From: an uncultured Gammaproteobacteria bacterium
Lineage (GTDB): Bacteria; Pseudomonadota; Gammaproteobacteria; Steroidobacterales; Rariloculaceae
Length of the DNA stretch: 64,000 nucleotides
Reading direction: 5' to 3'
Assembly (NCBI GenBank): GCA_963841645.1
Contig: CAWJDS010000017.1
Span: forward strand, 300,732 to 364,731
Position 1 is the first letter of the stretch, and each line of letters starts with the position of its first letter. The notes below the pieces were generated by a model, which was not told the DNA's origin, did not search any database, and saw nothing but the letters and a program-made list of their open reading frames with translations. This document shows positions 28,723-38,575 of the stretch, piece by piece. Both the position numbers and the translations under genes were made by a program.

Positions 28723-31088
28723 ATGAGGCAGTTCAGCTTCCGTCGCAAAGTGCTTTTTCTCGCCGTCGCGCTCGTGATGGCGATGCAGCTCGTGACGCTT
28801 TTCCCCGTTCTCAATGCGATCCGCGCCGACGTCGACGAGCGCACCGAGCAGACTGTCGGCCTCGCCGGCGTCTTGTTCGACGAGTACATCCACAACCGCA
28901 ACGAGCAGCTGCTCACGACCGTGAACGCTCTCGTTTCCGACTTTGGGTTCAAGCAGGCGGTCGCGAGCGGTGACCACGCAACGATTCGCTCGGCGCTGCT
29001 GAATCAAGCGGGCCGAGTCAAAGCGACGGTCGCGGTGCTGCTCGATCTCGACGGCCGCGTCGAGGTGAGCTCGTCGGACGACGCGGTGTCGGCGATCGGC
29101 TCCGGGTTCACGCCGCTGCCGGAGGGCGCCGCGCTCGAAACCGTGAGCCACCGGGTCGTCTATCTCGGCGGCGTTCCTTATCAGACGGTTACCGTCCCGT
29201 TGCGCGCGCCGGTAACGGTCGCCTGGGTGATGCTCGGATTCCCGATCGACGAAGCGCTCGCGGCCCGGCTTCAGAGCCTCACCGGGCTCGCCGTTTCGTT
29301 CGTTCACTTCACGGGCTCCGCCCCGCACGTGCTCGCATCGACGCTGCCGCGCGACGCGATCGGCAGCGCGCTGTCGGGCATCGACCCGATGCGCTACGAC
29401 GCGCAACAGACGGGCAATGAGCGCGCCGCTTACCTATCGTTGCTGCGGCCGTTCCTGAACGACGCGAGCGACGTGCATGTGGCGTTGCAACAGCCGATGG
29501 ACGAAGCGACGGAGTCATACCGCGCGATCCGCAACATCTTGCTGATCATCACGGGTTTGTCGCTCGCGCTCGCGATCGGCGGCTCGTTCTGGCTCGCGAA
29601 CACCGTCACGCGCCCCGTGCAATTTCTCGTCGCCGCGGCCCGGCGCATGCGCGAGGGCGTGTACACCGAGGAGATCGACGTTCGCTCGTCGGACGAGCTC
29701 GGCGAGCTCGCGGGAAGCTTCAACGCGATGCAGCACGCGATCGCGGACCGCGAGCGGCACATCTACCATCAGGCGCATCACGACGGCCTATCGGGCCTTC
29801 CGAACCGCGAGCTCCTGATGAATCAACTGCGCGCCGCGATCGAGCGCGAGCGCTGCGTGAGCGTCGTGAGCCTAGCGCTCGACCGTTTCGACGGCATCGT
29901 TTCCTCGCTCGGCCACCACGCGGGCGAGCAGACCGTGAAGCTCGCGGCGGCGATGCTGCGCGATCGCGTGTCGCGAAGGGCAGATCCTCGGCCACTTGAG
30001 CGGCCAGGAATTCATCATCGGCCTGCCAGGCTTCGACGCGCAGCAGGCGAGTCAGTGGATCGATTACCAGACCAATCTGCTGCGCGCGGGCGTGCATGGT
30101 GGACGGCGCCAATATCTCTCTGGCCGCGACCGGCGGCATCGCATGCTACCCGGAGCACAGCCGTGATCCGGCCGAGCTGTGCTGGCGCGCGTCGAGCGCG
30201 CGCGCGGACGCTCTCGCGCGTCACGAGAAGAGCGCGATCTATCGGCTCGGGCAAGAGGACAAGCTTCGGCACCAGATTCGAATCCTCGGCGACTTCCCGC
30301 TCGCGGTTGAGCGCAACGAGCTGCGGCTCGCGTTTCAGCCGAAGGTCGACTGTCGGACACGCGAGGCATACGGCGTCGAGGCGCTCGTGCGCTGGCAGCA
30401 TCCCGAGCTCGGGTTCCTGATGCCGGACTCGTTCGTAAGCGCCGTCGAGCAGGCGGGCGCGATCGCGCATCTCACGCGCTGGGTTCTCCGCGAGTCCGTT
30501 GCGCAGCTGGCGGCATGGCGTGCCCAAGGCATCCAACTCACGGTGGCGGTCAACATCTCGGTCGACGACCTCGTCGACGAATATCTGCCGTACTACCTGC
30601 TCGACCTCGTTAAGCGGCACGGCGTGCCGCCGAACCAAGTGACGCTCGAGGTGACCGAGAGCGCGATGATGCACAACGTCTACAAGTCGCTAGCCGTCGT
30701 GTCGTGCATCCACGAGCTCGGTTTCAGGATTTCGATCGACGACTTCGGCACCGGCCAGTCCGCGCTCACTCAGCTCAAGCGGCTGCCGGTAGACGAGCTC
30801 AAGATCGACCGCTCCTTCGTGAGCGCGATCAACGACCCCAAAGACGAGGCGATCGTCCGCGCGACGATCGGCCTTGCCCATGAGCTCCGCTTGAGCGTCG
30901 TCGCCGAGGGCGTCGAGACAGCCGACACATTGACGCGGCTCGCGTCGCTCGGTTGCGAATACGCGCAGGGCTACTTCATCGGCAAGCCGCTGCCGCCGCA
31001 CGAGCTGCCCGCATGGTCGGCGCAGTGGCGCGGCAAGCCGCACGCTGTTGTGCCGTTCGGAGGCCGGGGCATCGCCGTTCCGGGCTGA
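28723..31088 (+). CDS. Membrane c-di-GMP phosphodiesterase: Cache-like, HAMP, degenerate GGDEF, EAL (indels near 29975 and 30095)
   Basis: Two TMs; DELGELAGSFNAM; HDGLSGLPNR; SGQEF in place of GGDEF; EALVRW, EVTES, IDDFGTG, AEGVE. Confidence 0.88.
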
Positions 31089-31197
31089 CGCGCTTTTGCG
31101 CCGCGAGCGCGGAATATCCAACGTCGCGTTTCTTATAACCTTCGGCGCGGACCGGCCGTGTAGAATGGCCCCTTTCAGACCCGGTCCAGATACCCCG

Positions 31198-31570
31198 ATG
31201 CCGCAGATGATTATCGCGAACCGCCTCGTGGACGGCGCCGTCGTCTTTCTCGCGCCGGGCGCGGGCTGGACCACCGCGATCGCGTCCGGCGTCGTGATCG
31301 ACGACGAGGCCGAGGCGCAGAGGTTGCTCGAGGCGGCGAAGCAGCTCGAGGCGCGCTCTCCGGTCATCGATCCGCAGGTGATTCAGGTGAAGGTGGAGGA
31401 CGGTGCGGTGTGGCCCATCGAGATCCGCGAGCTGATCCGCGCGTTTGGGCCGACGGTGCGCACGGATCGCGGCGACACGGACTGGGAAGCCATCGCCCGG
31501 CATCACGAGGCAGACCGGCGATCGACGCGAGCCCGGCATGGCTCGGGTCAACAAGAACAGCAAGGAATAG
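31198..31570 (+). CDS. DUF2849-family protein (3' end uncertain)
   Basis: IIANRLVDGAVVFL...W...RELIRAFGPTVR directly upstream of cysI. Confidence 0.75.
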
Positions 31571-31574
31571 GGAG

Positions 31575-33249
31575 ATGTACCGATACGACGAGTTCGACCA
31601 GCAGTTCGTCGCGCAGCGCGCGGCGCAGTTTCGCCGCCAGGTGACGCGCCGTCTCGCGGGCGAGCTCACCGAGGACCAGTTCCGGCCGCTGCGGCTGATG
31701 AACGGGCTGTATCTCCAGCTGCATGCGTACATGCTGCGCGTGAACGTGCCGTACGGCACGTTGTCGTCGCGGCAAATGCGCCAGCTCGCGCACGTCGCGC
31801 GCAAGTACGACCGCGGCTTCGGCCATTTCACGACGCGCCAGAACATCCAGTACAACTGGATCAAGCTCGCAGAGGCGCCGGACGCGATCGCCGATCTCGG
31901 CGAGGTCGGCGTCACCTCGATCCAGTCGTCGGGCAACTGCGTGCGCAACATCACGTCGGACCAGTACGCGGGCTGCGCGAAGGACGAGCTCGCCGATCCG
32001 CGCGTCTACTGCGAGCTGCTGCGCCAGTACTCGTTCCTGCATCCCGAGTTCTCGTACCTGCCGCGCAAGTTCAAGATCGCGATCACGGGCTCGCCGAACG
32101 ATCGCGCCGCGGTCGCGGTCCACGACATCGGCCTGCGGATGCACAACAACGAGCGCGGCGAGATGGGCTTCGAGGTGCTCGTCGGCGGCGGTCTGGGGCG
32201 CACGCCGTACATCGGCCAGACGATCCGCAAGTGGCTCGCGCCGGAGCACCTGCTGTCGTACGTCGAGGCGATCCTGCGCGTGTACAACATGCACGGCCGC
32301 CGCGACAACATTCACAAGGCGCGGATCAAGATCATCGTGCAACCAGCTGGGCATCGACAAATTTCGCGAGCTCGTCGACCAAGAGTGGGAGCAGACGAAG
32401 GACGGCGTGCTCAAGGTTCCGGACGACGAGGTGGCGCGCATCGAAGCGTATTTCGCACCGCCGCGCGTACGAGAAGCTCGCGGACCGCACGGCCGAGCTC
32501 GCCAGCTCTGCGCAAAGCGGACCGCAGCTTCGACCGCTGGGTCCGGGGCAACGTGATCGCGCACAAAGTGCCGGGCTACGCGATCGTCAACGTGTCGCTC
32601 AAGGCGCCGGGCCGCGTGCCGGGCGACATCACGGCCGAGACGATGGACGCGGTCGCGGATCTCGCGGACCGCTACAGCTTCGGCGAGATTCGCGTGAATC
32701 ACCGCCAAAATCTCGTGCTCGTCGACGTGAAGCAGAGCGAGCTGCACGCAGCTTTGGCAGAAACTCGTCGCGCTCGAGCTCGCGACGCCGAACTTGGGCC
32801 TCCTCACGGACATCATTTGCTGCCCGGGCCTCGACTACTGCGCACTCGCAAATGCGCGCGCGATCCCGATCGCGCAGGACATCGCGCACGCGTTCTCGGA
32901 CATCGACGAGATCCAGAGAATCGGTCACTTCACGATCAACATCTCGGGCTGCATGAACGCATGCGGGCACCACCATGTAGGCCACATCGGCATCCTAGGA
33001 GTCGACAAGCGCGGCGAAGAGTTCTTCCAGCTCACGCTCGGCGGCTCTTCGGACCAGCACGCGTCGCTCGGCGACCGACTCGGTCCGGGTCTGCCTCAGG
33101 CCGCGGTGCCGGGCGCGATCCGCAAGATCGTGGACACGTATTTCACGATGCGCGCGAACGACGAGCGCTTCATCGACACGTACCGGCGCGTCGGCATCGA
33201 GCCGTTCAAAGCTTCCGTCTACGGCGCCGAAACGGCGCACGCGCACTGA
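31575..33249 (+). CDS. cysI: Sulfite/nitrite reductase hemoprotein (about four indels, 32340-32750)
   Basis: MYRYDEFD, FRPLRLMNGLY, TTRQNIQ, SGNCVRN, LPRKFKI, CPGLDYC, SGCMNACGHH. Confidence 0.9.
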
Positions 33250-33747
33250 TGTCGCTGATCAAGGGAGGCGAGCTGGTCGAGGACACGTTCTTCGACGCGA
33301 GCGGCACGGAGACGATTCCGCCGTCCGGCCCCGTGATCGTGAGCCTCGCGCAGTGGCAAGCGCAGCGCGACGCGCTGCTCGCAGCGCGGCGCGCCGCTCG
33401 GGCTGCGCCTGCACAGCGACCAGTCGCCCGAGGCGATCGCCGACGACGTCGGTCACTTCGCGCTGATCGCGCTCGAGTTTCCGAAGTTCCGCGACGGCCG
33501 CGCGTACTCGTACGCGCGGCTCCTGCGCGAGCGTTACGGCTTCAAGGGCGAGCTTCGCGCCGTGGGCGACGTGCTGATGGAGCAGGTGTTCTTCATGGTC
33601 CGGACCGGCTTCGACGCGTTCGATCTACAACAGAGCCCGGATCCTGTCGCGGCGTTCCAAACCGCGCTCCACGACTTCTCGGTCTGGTATCAGCCGACCG
33701 GCGACGGCCGGCCGACCGCGATGCAGCTGCGGCATCGGACGCAGTAA
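33249..33747 (+). CDS. DUF934-family protein (indel near 33385)
   Basis: IALEFPKFRDGRAYSYARLLRERYGFKGELRAVGDVL; coupled to the cysI stop. Confidence 0.88.
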
Positions 33748-33789
33748 ACGCTCCGGTCCGCCGCTCTCGATCCAGACGGCTCGCCCTTT

Positions 33790-34239
33790 TCATTTTGCGG
33801 GTGCCGCCGCGCGCTGTGCCGCTCGCAGCCGCCGATCTTCCTCGATCGCGTTCAGTCTATCGCCGCCGCGCACGAGCTCCGTGCCATCCGCTCTCACGAG
33901 CTTCGAGAAGAAAATGCTTGGCGCACCGGTTCGCTCCGGATTGCCGGATATCTTCACGTGCTCGCCAGGCCTGATCGTCGCCTCGGTCCAGCCGAAATTC
34001 GTGAGGTTCAACCGCCCGTCGAACTCCACCGTCCATTGCTGCACGGCGCCCTTGTCGTCGGCGACGTCGATCTTCGCCAGCGCGTGCGGATTCACGAACC
34101 GAAATTCCTTGACGGTACCGTCGAGCGTAACGGTGTTGCTGCCGTCGAACTGGGCCGCGAACGAGTGATGAGCGAACGCGGGCGCCAGCGCGGCGACGCC
34201 GAGCGCCGTCGCGAGCAGCCCGAGAGCAGCTGGTTTCAT
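33790..34239 (-). CDS. DUF6152-family secreted protein (copy 2)
   Basis: Signal APAFA then HHSFAAQFD; FVNPH; WTVE. Confidence 0.85.
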   Translation of the reverse strand: MKPAALGLLATALGVAALAPAFAHHSFAAQFDGSNTVTLDGTVKEFRFVNPHALAKIDVADDKGAVQQWTVEFDGRLNLTNFGWTEATIRPGEHVKISGNPERTGAPSIFFSKLVRADGTELVRGGDRLNAIEEDRRLRAAQRAAAPAK

Positions 34240-35042
34240 GGCGTCTTCCCTTCCGCGGCTTTGGGGGCCGCGGGCTCGCAATCGTAAGGCGCGATCTCCT
34301 GATCGGGCGCAGAGCGCCAGATCTTCTTCAGCTCGAGAGGCTCGCGAAACGTCGACGGGTCGGTCAATCTGGCCGTGAGCTCGAGACGCTCCGGCGTCGG
34401 CCGCCGATAACGTTCGACGGCCGTCAGCTGGTCGCTGTGCAGACCCTCCCAAAGTCGCGTCGGACCGAAGTTCGCCGTGATCAGCGTGGTTTCGACGACG
34501 AGCGTATCGCCTTCGTAGTGCCCCACGGAGTAGCCCATGGGAACGTGGGCACGATCCGCCGGCGGTGCACGCTCGCCGAGATGCACGGTTCGATGCGCGT
34601 CCCACTCGCCATAGTGGAGCTCGACGCGATCGGGATACTGCTTGATCTCGAGTTGATGCGGCGCGAACAGCTGCCGTGCGAAGCCCCACGGCTCGCAGTT
34701 CAGGTAGCCGGGATCCTTCATCGGATCGGGCATGGGTGCGGCAAGCGCCGCGTCGGTCAAGTGCGGACGCAGGTACTCGTCGAGCTGATGCTGCGCAGCG
34801 TCCTCCGACAGCGCGGGATACGGCTTCGCGTCGTTGGCCGGATCGTCGAGCAGCGCCGCGAGGCGCCGGAGCCCGAGGTCGGTGCATGCGAAGAAACAGA
34901 ACATGTCGAGAGCCGTGCTGGGCGGATCGCTGTACATGCCGGCGAGATCCGGTGCAGGTGAGGTTGGAGTGGCAGCGGGCGGTGCGCCGCAGGCTGCGAC
35001 GGCGAGCGTGAGCAAGAGCAAGAGAACTGCGCGGTAGAACAT
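34236..35042 (-). CDS. Lipoprotein partner of DUF6152 (copy 2)
   Basis: Lipobox VAAC; LNCEPWG, MGYSVGHYEGDTLVVET, VERY, TDP, PYDCEP. Confidence 0.8.
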   Translation of the reverse strand: MFYRAVLLLLLTLAVAACGAPPAATPTSPAPDLAGMYSDPPSTALDMFCFFACTDLGLRRLAALLDDPANDAKPYPALSEDAAQHQLDEYLRPHLTDAALAAPMPDPMKDPGYLNCEPWGFARQLFAPHQLEIKQYPDRVELHYGEWDAHRTVHLGERAPPADRAHVPMGYSVGHYEGDTLVVETTLITANFGPTRLWEGLHSDQLTAVERYRRPTPERLELTARLTDPSTFREPLELKKIWRSAPDQEIAPYDCEPAAPKAAEGKTP

Positions 35043-35307
35043 AGCTATGCCAGCCAGCGAATGAAGCCTTGTGTGAAGGCCGGTCTCCAGCTCCACGCCG
35101 AGGAGATGGAGCGGGCCAAGGTTAGCGCCGACGGCGCCGCGTTTCGAGCGCCACGATGTTCTTGGCTTCGCTCCTCTGCCTCGAAGCGGAAAAGCACGAC
35201 GGCGAAGACCGCCCGGTCGGCACCCCTACGAGGAGTCGGTGTTAACATGCGGCCCCGGTGAGCGGCTGCGTCCCGGACGCGGCTTTGCCGGTTGAGCCCG
35301 AGCAGAC

Positions 35308-36933
35308 ATGGCACGAATACAGATCTACGACACGACGCTACGCGACGGCACGCAAGCCGAGGACGTCGCGTTCACGCTCGACGACAAGCTGCGCATCGCC
35401 GCGGAGCTCGACGACTGCGGAATCAGCTACGTCGAGGGCGGTTGGCCAGGCTCGAATCCGCGCGACGAGGAGTTCTTCGCGCGCGTGCGCAAGCTCAAGC
35501 TGAAGCAGGCTCGAGTCGCGGCGTTCGGCTCGACGCGGCGCGCGAACGTCGCGGCCGCGGACGATCTCAACCTGCGGCAGCTGCTGAAGGCCGAGACCCC
35601 GGTCGTCACGATCGTCGGCAAGACCTGGGTGCTGCACGTGCGCGACGACCTGCGGATCTCGAAGGAAGCGAACCTCGAGGTGCTCGGCGACTCGGTCGCG
35701 TATCTGAAGCAGCGCGTCGACGAGGTGATCTTCGACGCCGAGCACTTTTTCGACGGCTTCCGCAGCGATCCCGACTATTCGCTCGCGTGCCTGCGCGTCG
35801 TGACCGAAGCGGGCGCCGACGTCGTCGTGCTCTGCGACACGCGCGGCGGCAGCCTGCCGAGCGAGATCAGCGCCGGCGTCGAAGCCGCCAGAGCGGCGGG
35901 TGCGCTCTCGCTGGGAATTCACTGTCACAACGATTGCGAGCTCGCGGTCGCGAACTCGCTCGCCGCCGTCGCCGCGGGCGCGATGCAGGTGCAGGGCACG
36001 ATCAACGGCTTCGGCGAGCGCTGCGGCAACGCGAACCTGTGCTCCGTGATTCCGAATCTACAGATCAAGCTCGGCTTCGAATGCGTGAGCGAGGCGCAGC
36101 TCAAGGGGCTCGCGACGCTGTCGCGCACGGTCTACGAGCTCGCAAACATCGAGCCGTACAAGCGCCAACCGTACGTCGGCGCGAGCGCTTTCGCGCACAA
36201 GGGCGGTCTGCACGTCGCGGCGGTACAGAAGAACGCCGAGACGTATGAGCACATCCGTCCCGAGCTCGTCGGCAACCGCCAGCGCGTGCTCGTGTCGGAT
36301 CTTTCGGGCCGCAGCAGCGTCGTCTACAAGGCGAAGCAGTTCGGGCTCGACGTCGACACTGCGAACCCGGCCGTCAAAGCGGTGCTCGACCGCGTGAAGC
36401 AGCTCGAGAGCTCCGGCTTTCAATATGAGGGCGCCGAGGCGTCGTTCGAGTTGCTGATCCAAGAGGCGCTGCACGGCAAGGTGCAGCACTTCAAGCTCGT
36501 CGCGTTCCGCGTGAGCGACGAGAAGATCAAGGAGAACGAGCCGCCGCTATCGGAAGCCTCCGTCATGATCGAGGGCCCGGACGGCAGCGCTCAGCACACC
36601 GTCGCGCGCGGCAACGGCCCGTTGAATGCGCTCGACCTCGCGCTGCGCAAGGCGCTGCTGCCGTACTACCCTCAGCTCAAGAGCCTCGAGCTCCACGACT
36701 ACAAGGTCCGCGTGCTCGGCGGCGGCGAGGGCACGGAGGCGACGGTCCGCGTGCTGATCGAGTCGGGCGACGAAAGCGGCATGTGGGGCACGGTCGGCGT
36801 TTCGCCGAACGTGATCGACGCGAGCTGGCAGGCGCTCGTGGACAGCTTCGAGTACAAGCTCTACAAGGACGACAAAGAGAAGGCTAGGCCCAAGCGCGCG
36901 GAGGATGCACCGGCGCGGACGACGAAGAGCTAG
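35308..36933 (+). CDS. cimA: Citramalate synthase
   Basis: YDTTLRDGTQ, EGGWPGSNP, DAEHFFDG, HCHND, GERCGNANL, AFAHKGGLH, DYKVRVL. Confidence 0.92.
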   Translation: MARIQIYDTTLRDGTQAEDVAFTLDDKLRIAAELDDCGISYVEGGWPGSNPRDEEFFARVRKLKLKQARVAAFGSTRRANVAAADDLNLRQLLKAETPVVTIVGKTWVLHVRDDLRISKEANLEVLGDSVAYLKQRVDEVIFDAEHFFDGFRSDPDYSLACLRVVTEAGADVVVLCDTRGGSLPSEISAGVEAARAAGALSLGIHCHNDCELAVANSLAAVAAGAMQVQGTINGFGERCGNANLCSVIPNLQIKLGFECVSEAQLKGLATLSRTVYELANIEPYKRQPYVGASAFAHKGGLHVAAVQKNAETYEHIRPELVGNRQRVLVSDLSGRSSVVYKAKQFGLDVDTANPAVKAVLDRVKQLESSGFQYEGAEASFELLIQEALHGKVQHFKLVAFRVSDEKIKENEPPLSEASVMIEGPDGSAQHTVARGNGPLNALDLALRKALLPYYPQLKSLELHDYKVRVLGGGEGTEATVRVLIESGDESGMWGTVGVSPNVIDASWQALVDSFEYKLYKDDKEKARPKRAEDAPARTTKS

Positions 36934-36981
36934 GGCGGCTGCGAGCCTCAGCCAGCGGAATCCCGAGAATCAGGAGCCGCC

Positions 36982-37644
36982 GTGCCCGACGTCCACGTTC
37001 CGAAGCTCGAGGGCCACGGCCGCGGCAAGACGACGCTCAAGCTCGTGCTCGAGGTTGCGCTGATCAGCGTCGGCGTGTTCCTCGGTCTCCTTGGGGAGCA
37101 ATCGCGCGAGAACGCGCACCAGCGGGATCTCGCGAGAGACTCCCTGCGGCGATTCCGCGTCGAGATCGTCGAGAACCGCAAGGCGGTCGCCGACGTCATG
37201 GAATACCACGCGATGGTGCAGAAGGAGCTCAAAGCCGCTCTCGACAAAGGGTTGGAGCATCCGTCCGGCGAGGGCATTCATTTTCACGGTGTTCAGCCGT
37301 CGCGCTTCGATCGCTCCGCATGGGAGCTTGCGATCGCGACTCAGTCGCTCTCGTACATCGACTCGGATCTCATGCTTTCGCTCGCGAGCATCTACAACCT
37401 GCAGGGGACGGTGACAGACCTCACGCGTGGCCTGGCGCAGGCGATGTATACGACGCCTCCGATCGACGAGAAAGGCCAGATTTCGTTCTTCGGCGCCGTG
37501 CTGTTCTACTACGGCGACGTCACGATCTATGAGCCTCACCTGCTCGAGATGTACGACGCGATCCTGCCGCGGATCGACACGGCTCTCGGCGAGAAGAAGG
37601 CGCTCCACGAGGACAAGACGGCGGCCGAGGAGGGGAAGAAGTAG
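36982..37644 (+). CDS. Hypothetical protein with one N-terminal TM and a helical domain
   Basis: LEVALISVGVFLGL; SAWELA; AGGAG RBS before GTG. Confidence 0.7.
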   Translation: MPDVHVPKLEGHGRGKTTLKLVLEVALISVGVFLGLLGEQSRENAHQRDLARDSLRRFRVEIVENRKAVADVMEYHAMVQKELKAALDKGLEHPSGEGIHFHGVQPSRFDRSAWELAIATQSLSYIDSDLMLSLASIYNLQGTVTDLTRGLAQAMYTTPPIDEKGQISFFGAVLFYYGDVTIYEPHLLEMYDAILPRIDTALGEKKALHEDKTAAEEGKK

Positions 37645-37668
37645 AGCTCGCGGTGCGGCCGGCAGCGC

Positions 37669-38541
37669 TCAGGTCGACAGAGGTGAAGGCTGCCCACTCG
37701 TCGCGAGTGCTTCGCAGAGCACCGTGACGAGCGGCTTCATCGAGTAGCTCTGGGCCGGCATCGCGTCGACGCGAATGCCGGAAGCCTGGAGCTCGGCAGC
37801 CACGACGGGGCCGATCGCTGCGACGCGTGCGGCCTCGAGCCCATCGCGCAGCTCCGCGTCGAGATTTTTGTCGCGCGCGAGCTTCTTCAGCCGCTGCACC
37901 TGCGCTTTGCTCGTGAACGCGATCGCGTCGATCTCGCGCCCCGCGAGCTTGACTATGAGCTCGATCACCTGCGCGTCCTCGGCGGCCGACGCGTACACGT
38001 ACGGCGCGACGCAGTCGGGCTCGACGCTGCGCCGGCGCAAGTAGTCGACGAGCCGCGTGTCCTGATCGGGCGAATAGAGCTGGACAGCGACGCGCCGGTG
38101 CGGCAGCTCGAGCTTCATCAGGGTCTCGATCAAGCCGTCCGTCGTCGGCGCAGCCGCCTCGAGCTCTGCGTCGAGAGCGAGCTTGCGCAACGCGCGTCTC
38201 GGCTTCGGGCCGCGCGTGAGCTTGCGCGTGCGACGCAGCGCGGCGACGAAGTCGGCCTCGATGCCCGCGCGGCGCGCGCAGTTGTACAGCCGCTCCACGC
38301 CCTCGCCGGTATAGAACACGATCAGGTCGTCCGACGGCGTCGCGAGTCGCCGCTTGAGCCACGCGACCACGGGCGGCTGCTCGGGCGCATCTCGAATCCC
38401 GACGAGGGGGCAGCGGATGACCGCGGCCCCACGACGCTCGAGCAGGCCCGCGAGCACGTCGAGCTGGCGGGTCTCGGGTACCGCGATGGTGCGGCCCGCG
38501 AGTACGGTGGAGTCGTCGCCGGCGGCTTGAGAAGGGCTCAT
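37669..38541 (-). CDS. hemD: Uroporphyrinogen-III synthase
   Basis: LAGRTIAVPETR, TGEG, RGPKP, IDAIAFTS, AAIGPV. Confidence 0.85.
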   Translation of the reverse strand: MSPSQAAGDDSTVLAGRTIAVPETRQLDVLAGLLERRGAAVIRCPLVGIRDAPEQPPVVAWLKRRLATPSDDLIVFYTGEGVERLYNCARRAGIEADFVAALRRTRKLTRGPKPRRALRKLALDAELEAAAPTTDGLIETLMKLELPHRRVAVQLYSPDQDTRLVDYLRRRSVEPDCVAPYVYASAAEDAQVIELIVKLAGREIDAIAFTSKAQVQRLKKLARDKNLDAELRDGLEAARVAAIGPVVAAELQASGIRVDAMPAQSYSMKPLVTVLCEALATSGQPSPLST

Positions 38542-38575
38542 CGCAGCGAAGATTACGCCCGCAGGGCGCGTCGCG

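Noticed and set aside
31198-33747. DUF2849-cysI-DUF934 as a novel system
   Set aside because: Common sulfite-reduction operon arrangement in Proteobacteria.
31410-33974. 854-aa ORF spanning cysI and DUF934
   Set aside because: Chimera of correct and shifted frames.
35043-35307. Ile/Leu attenuator upstream of cimA
   Set aside because: No short ORF enriched in Ile/Leu/Val and no terminator found.
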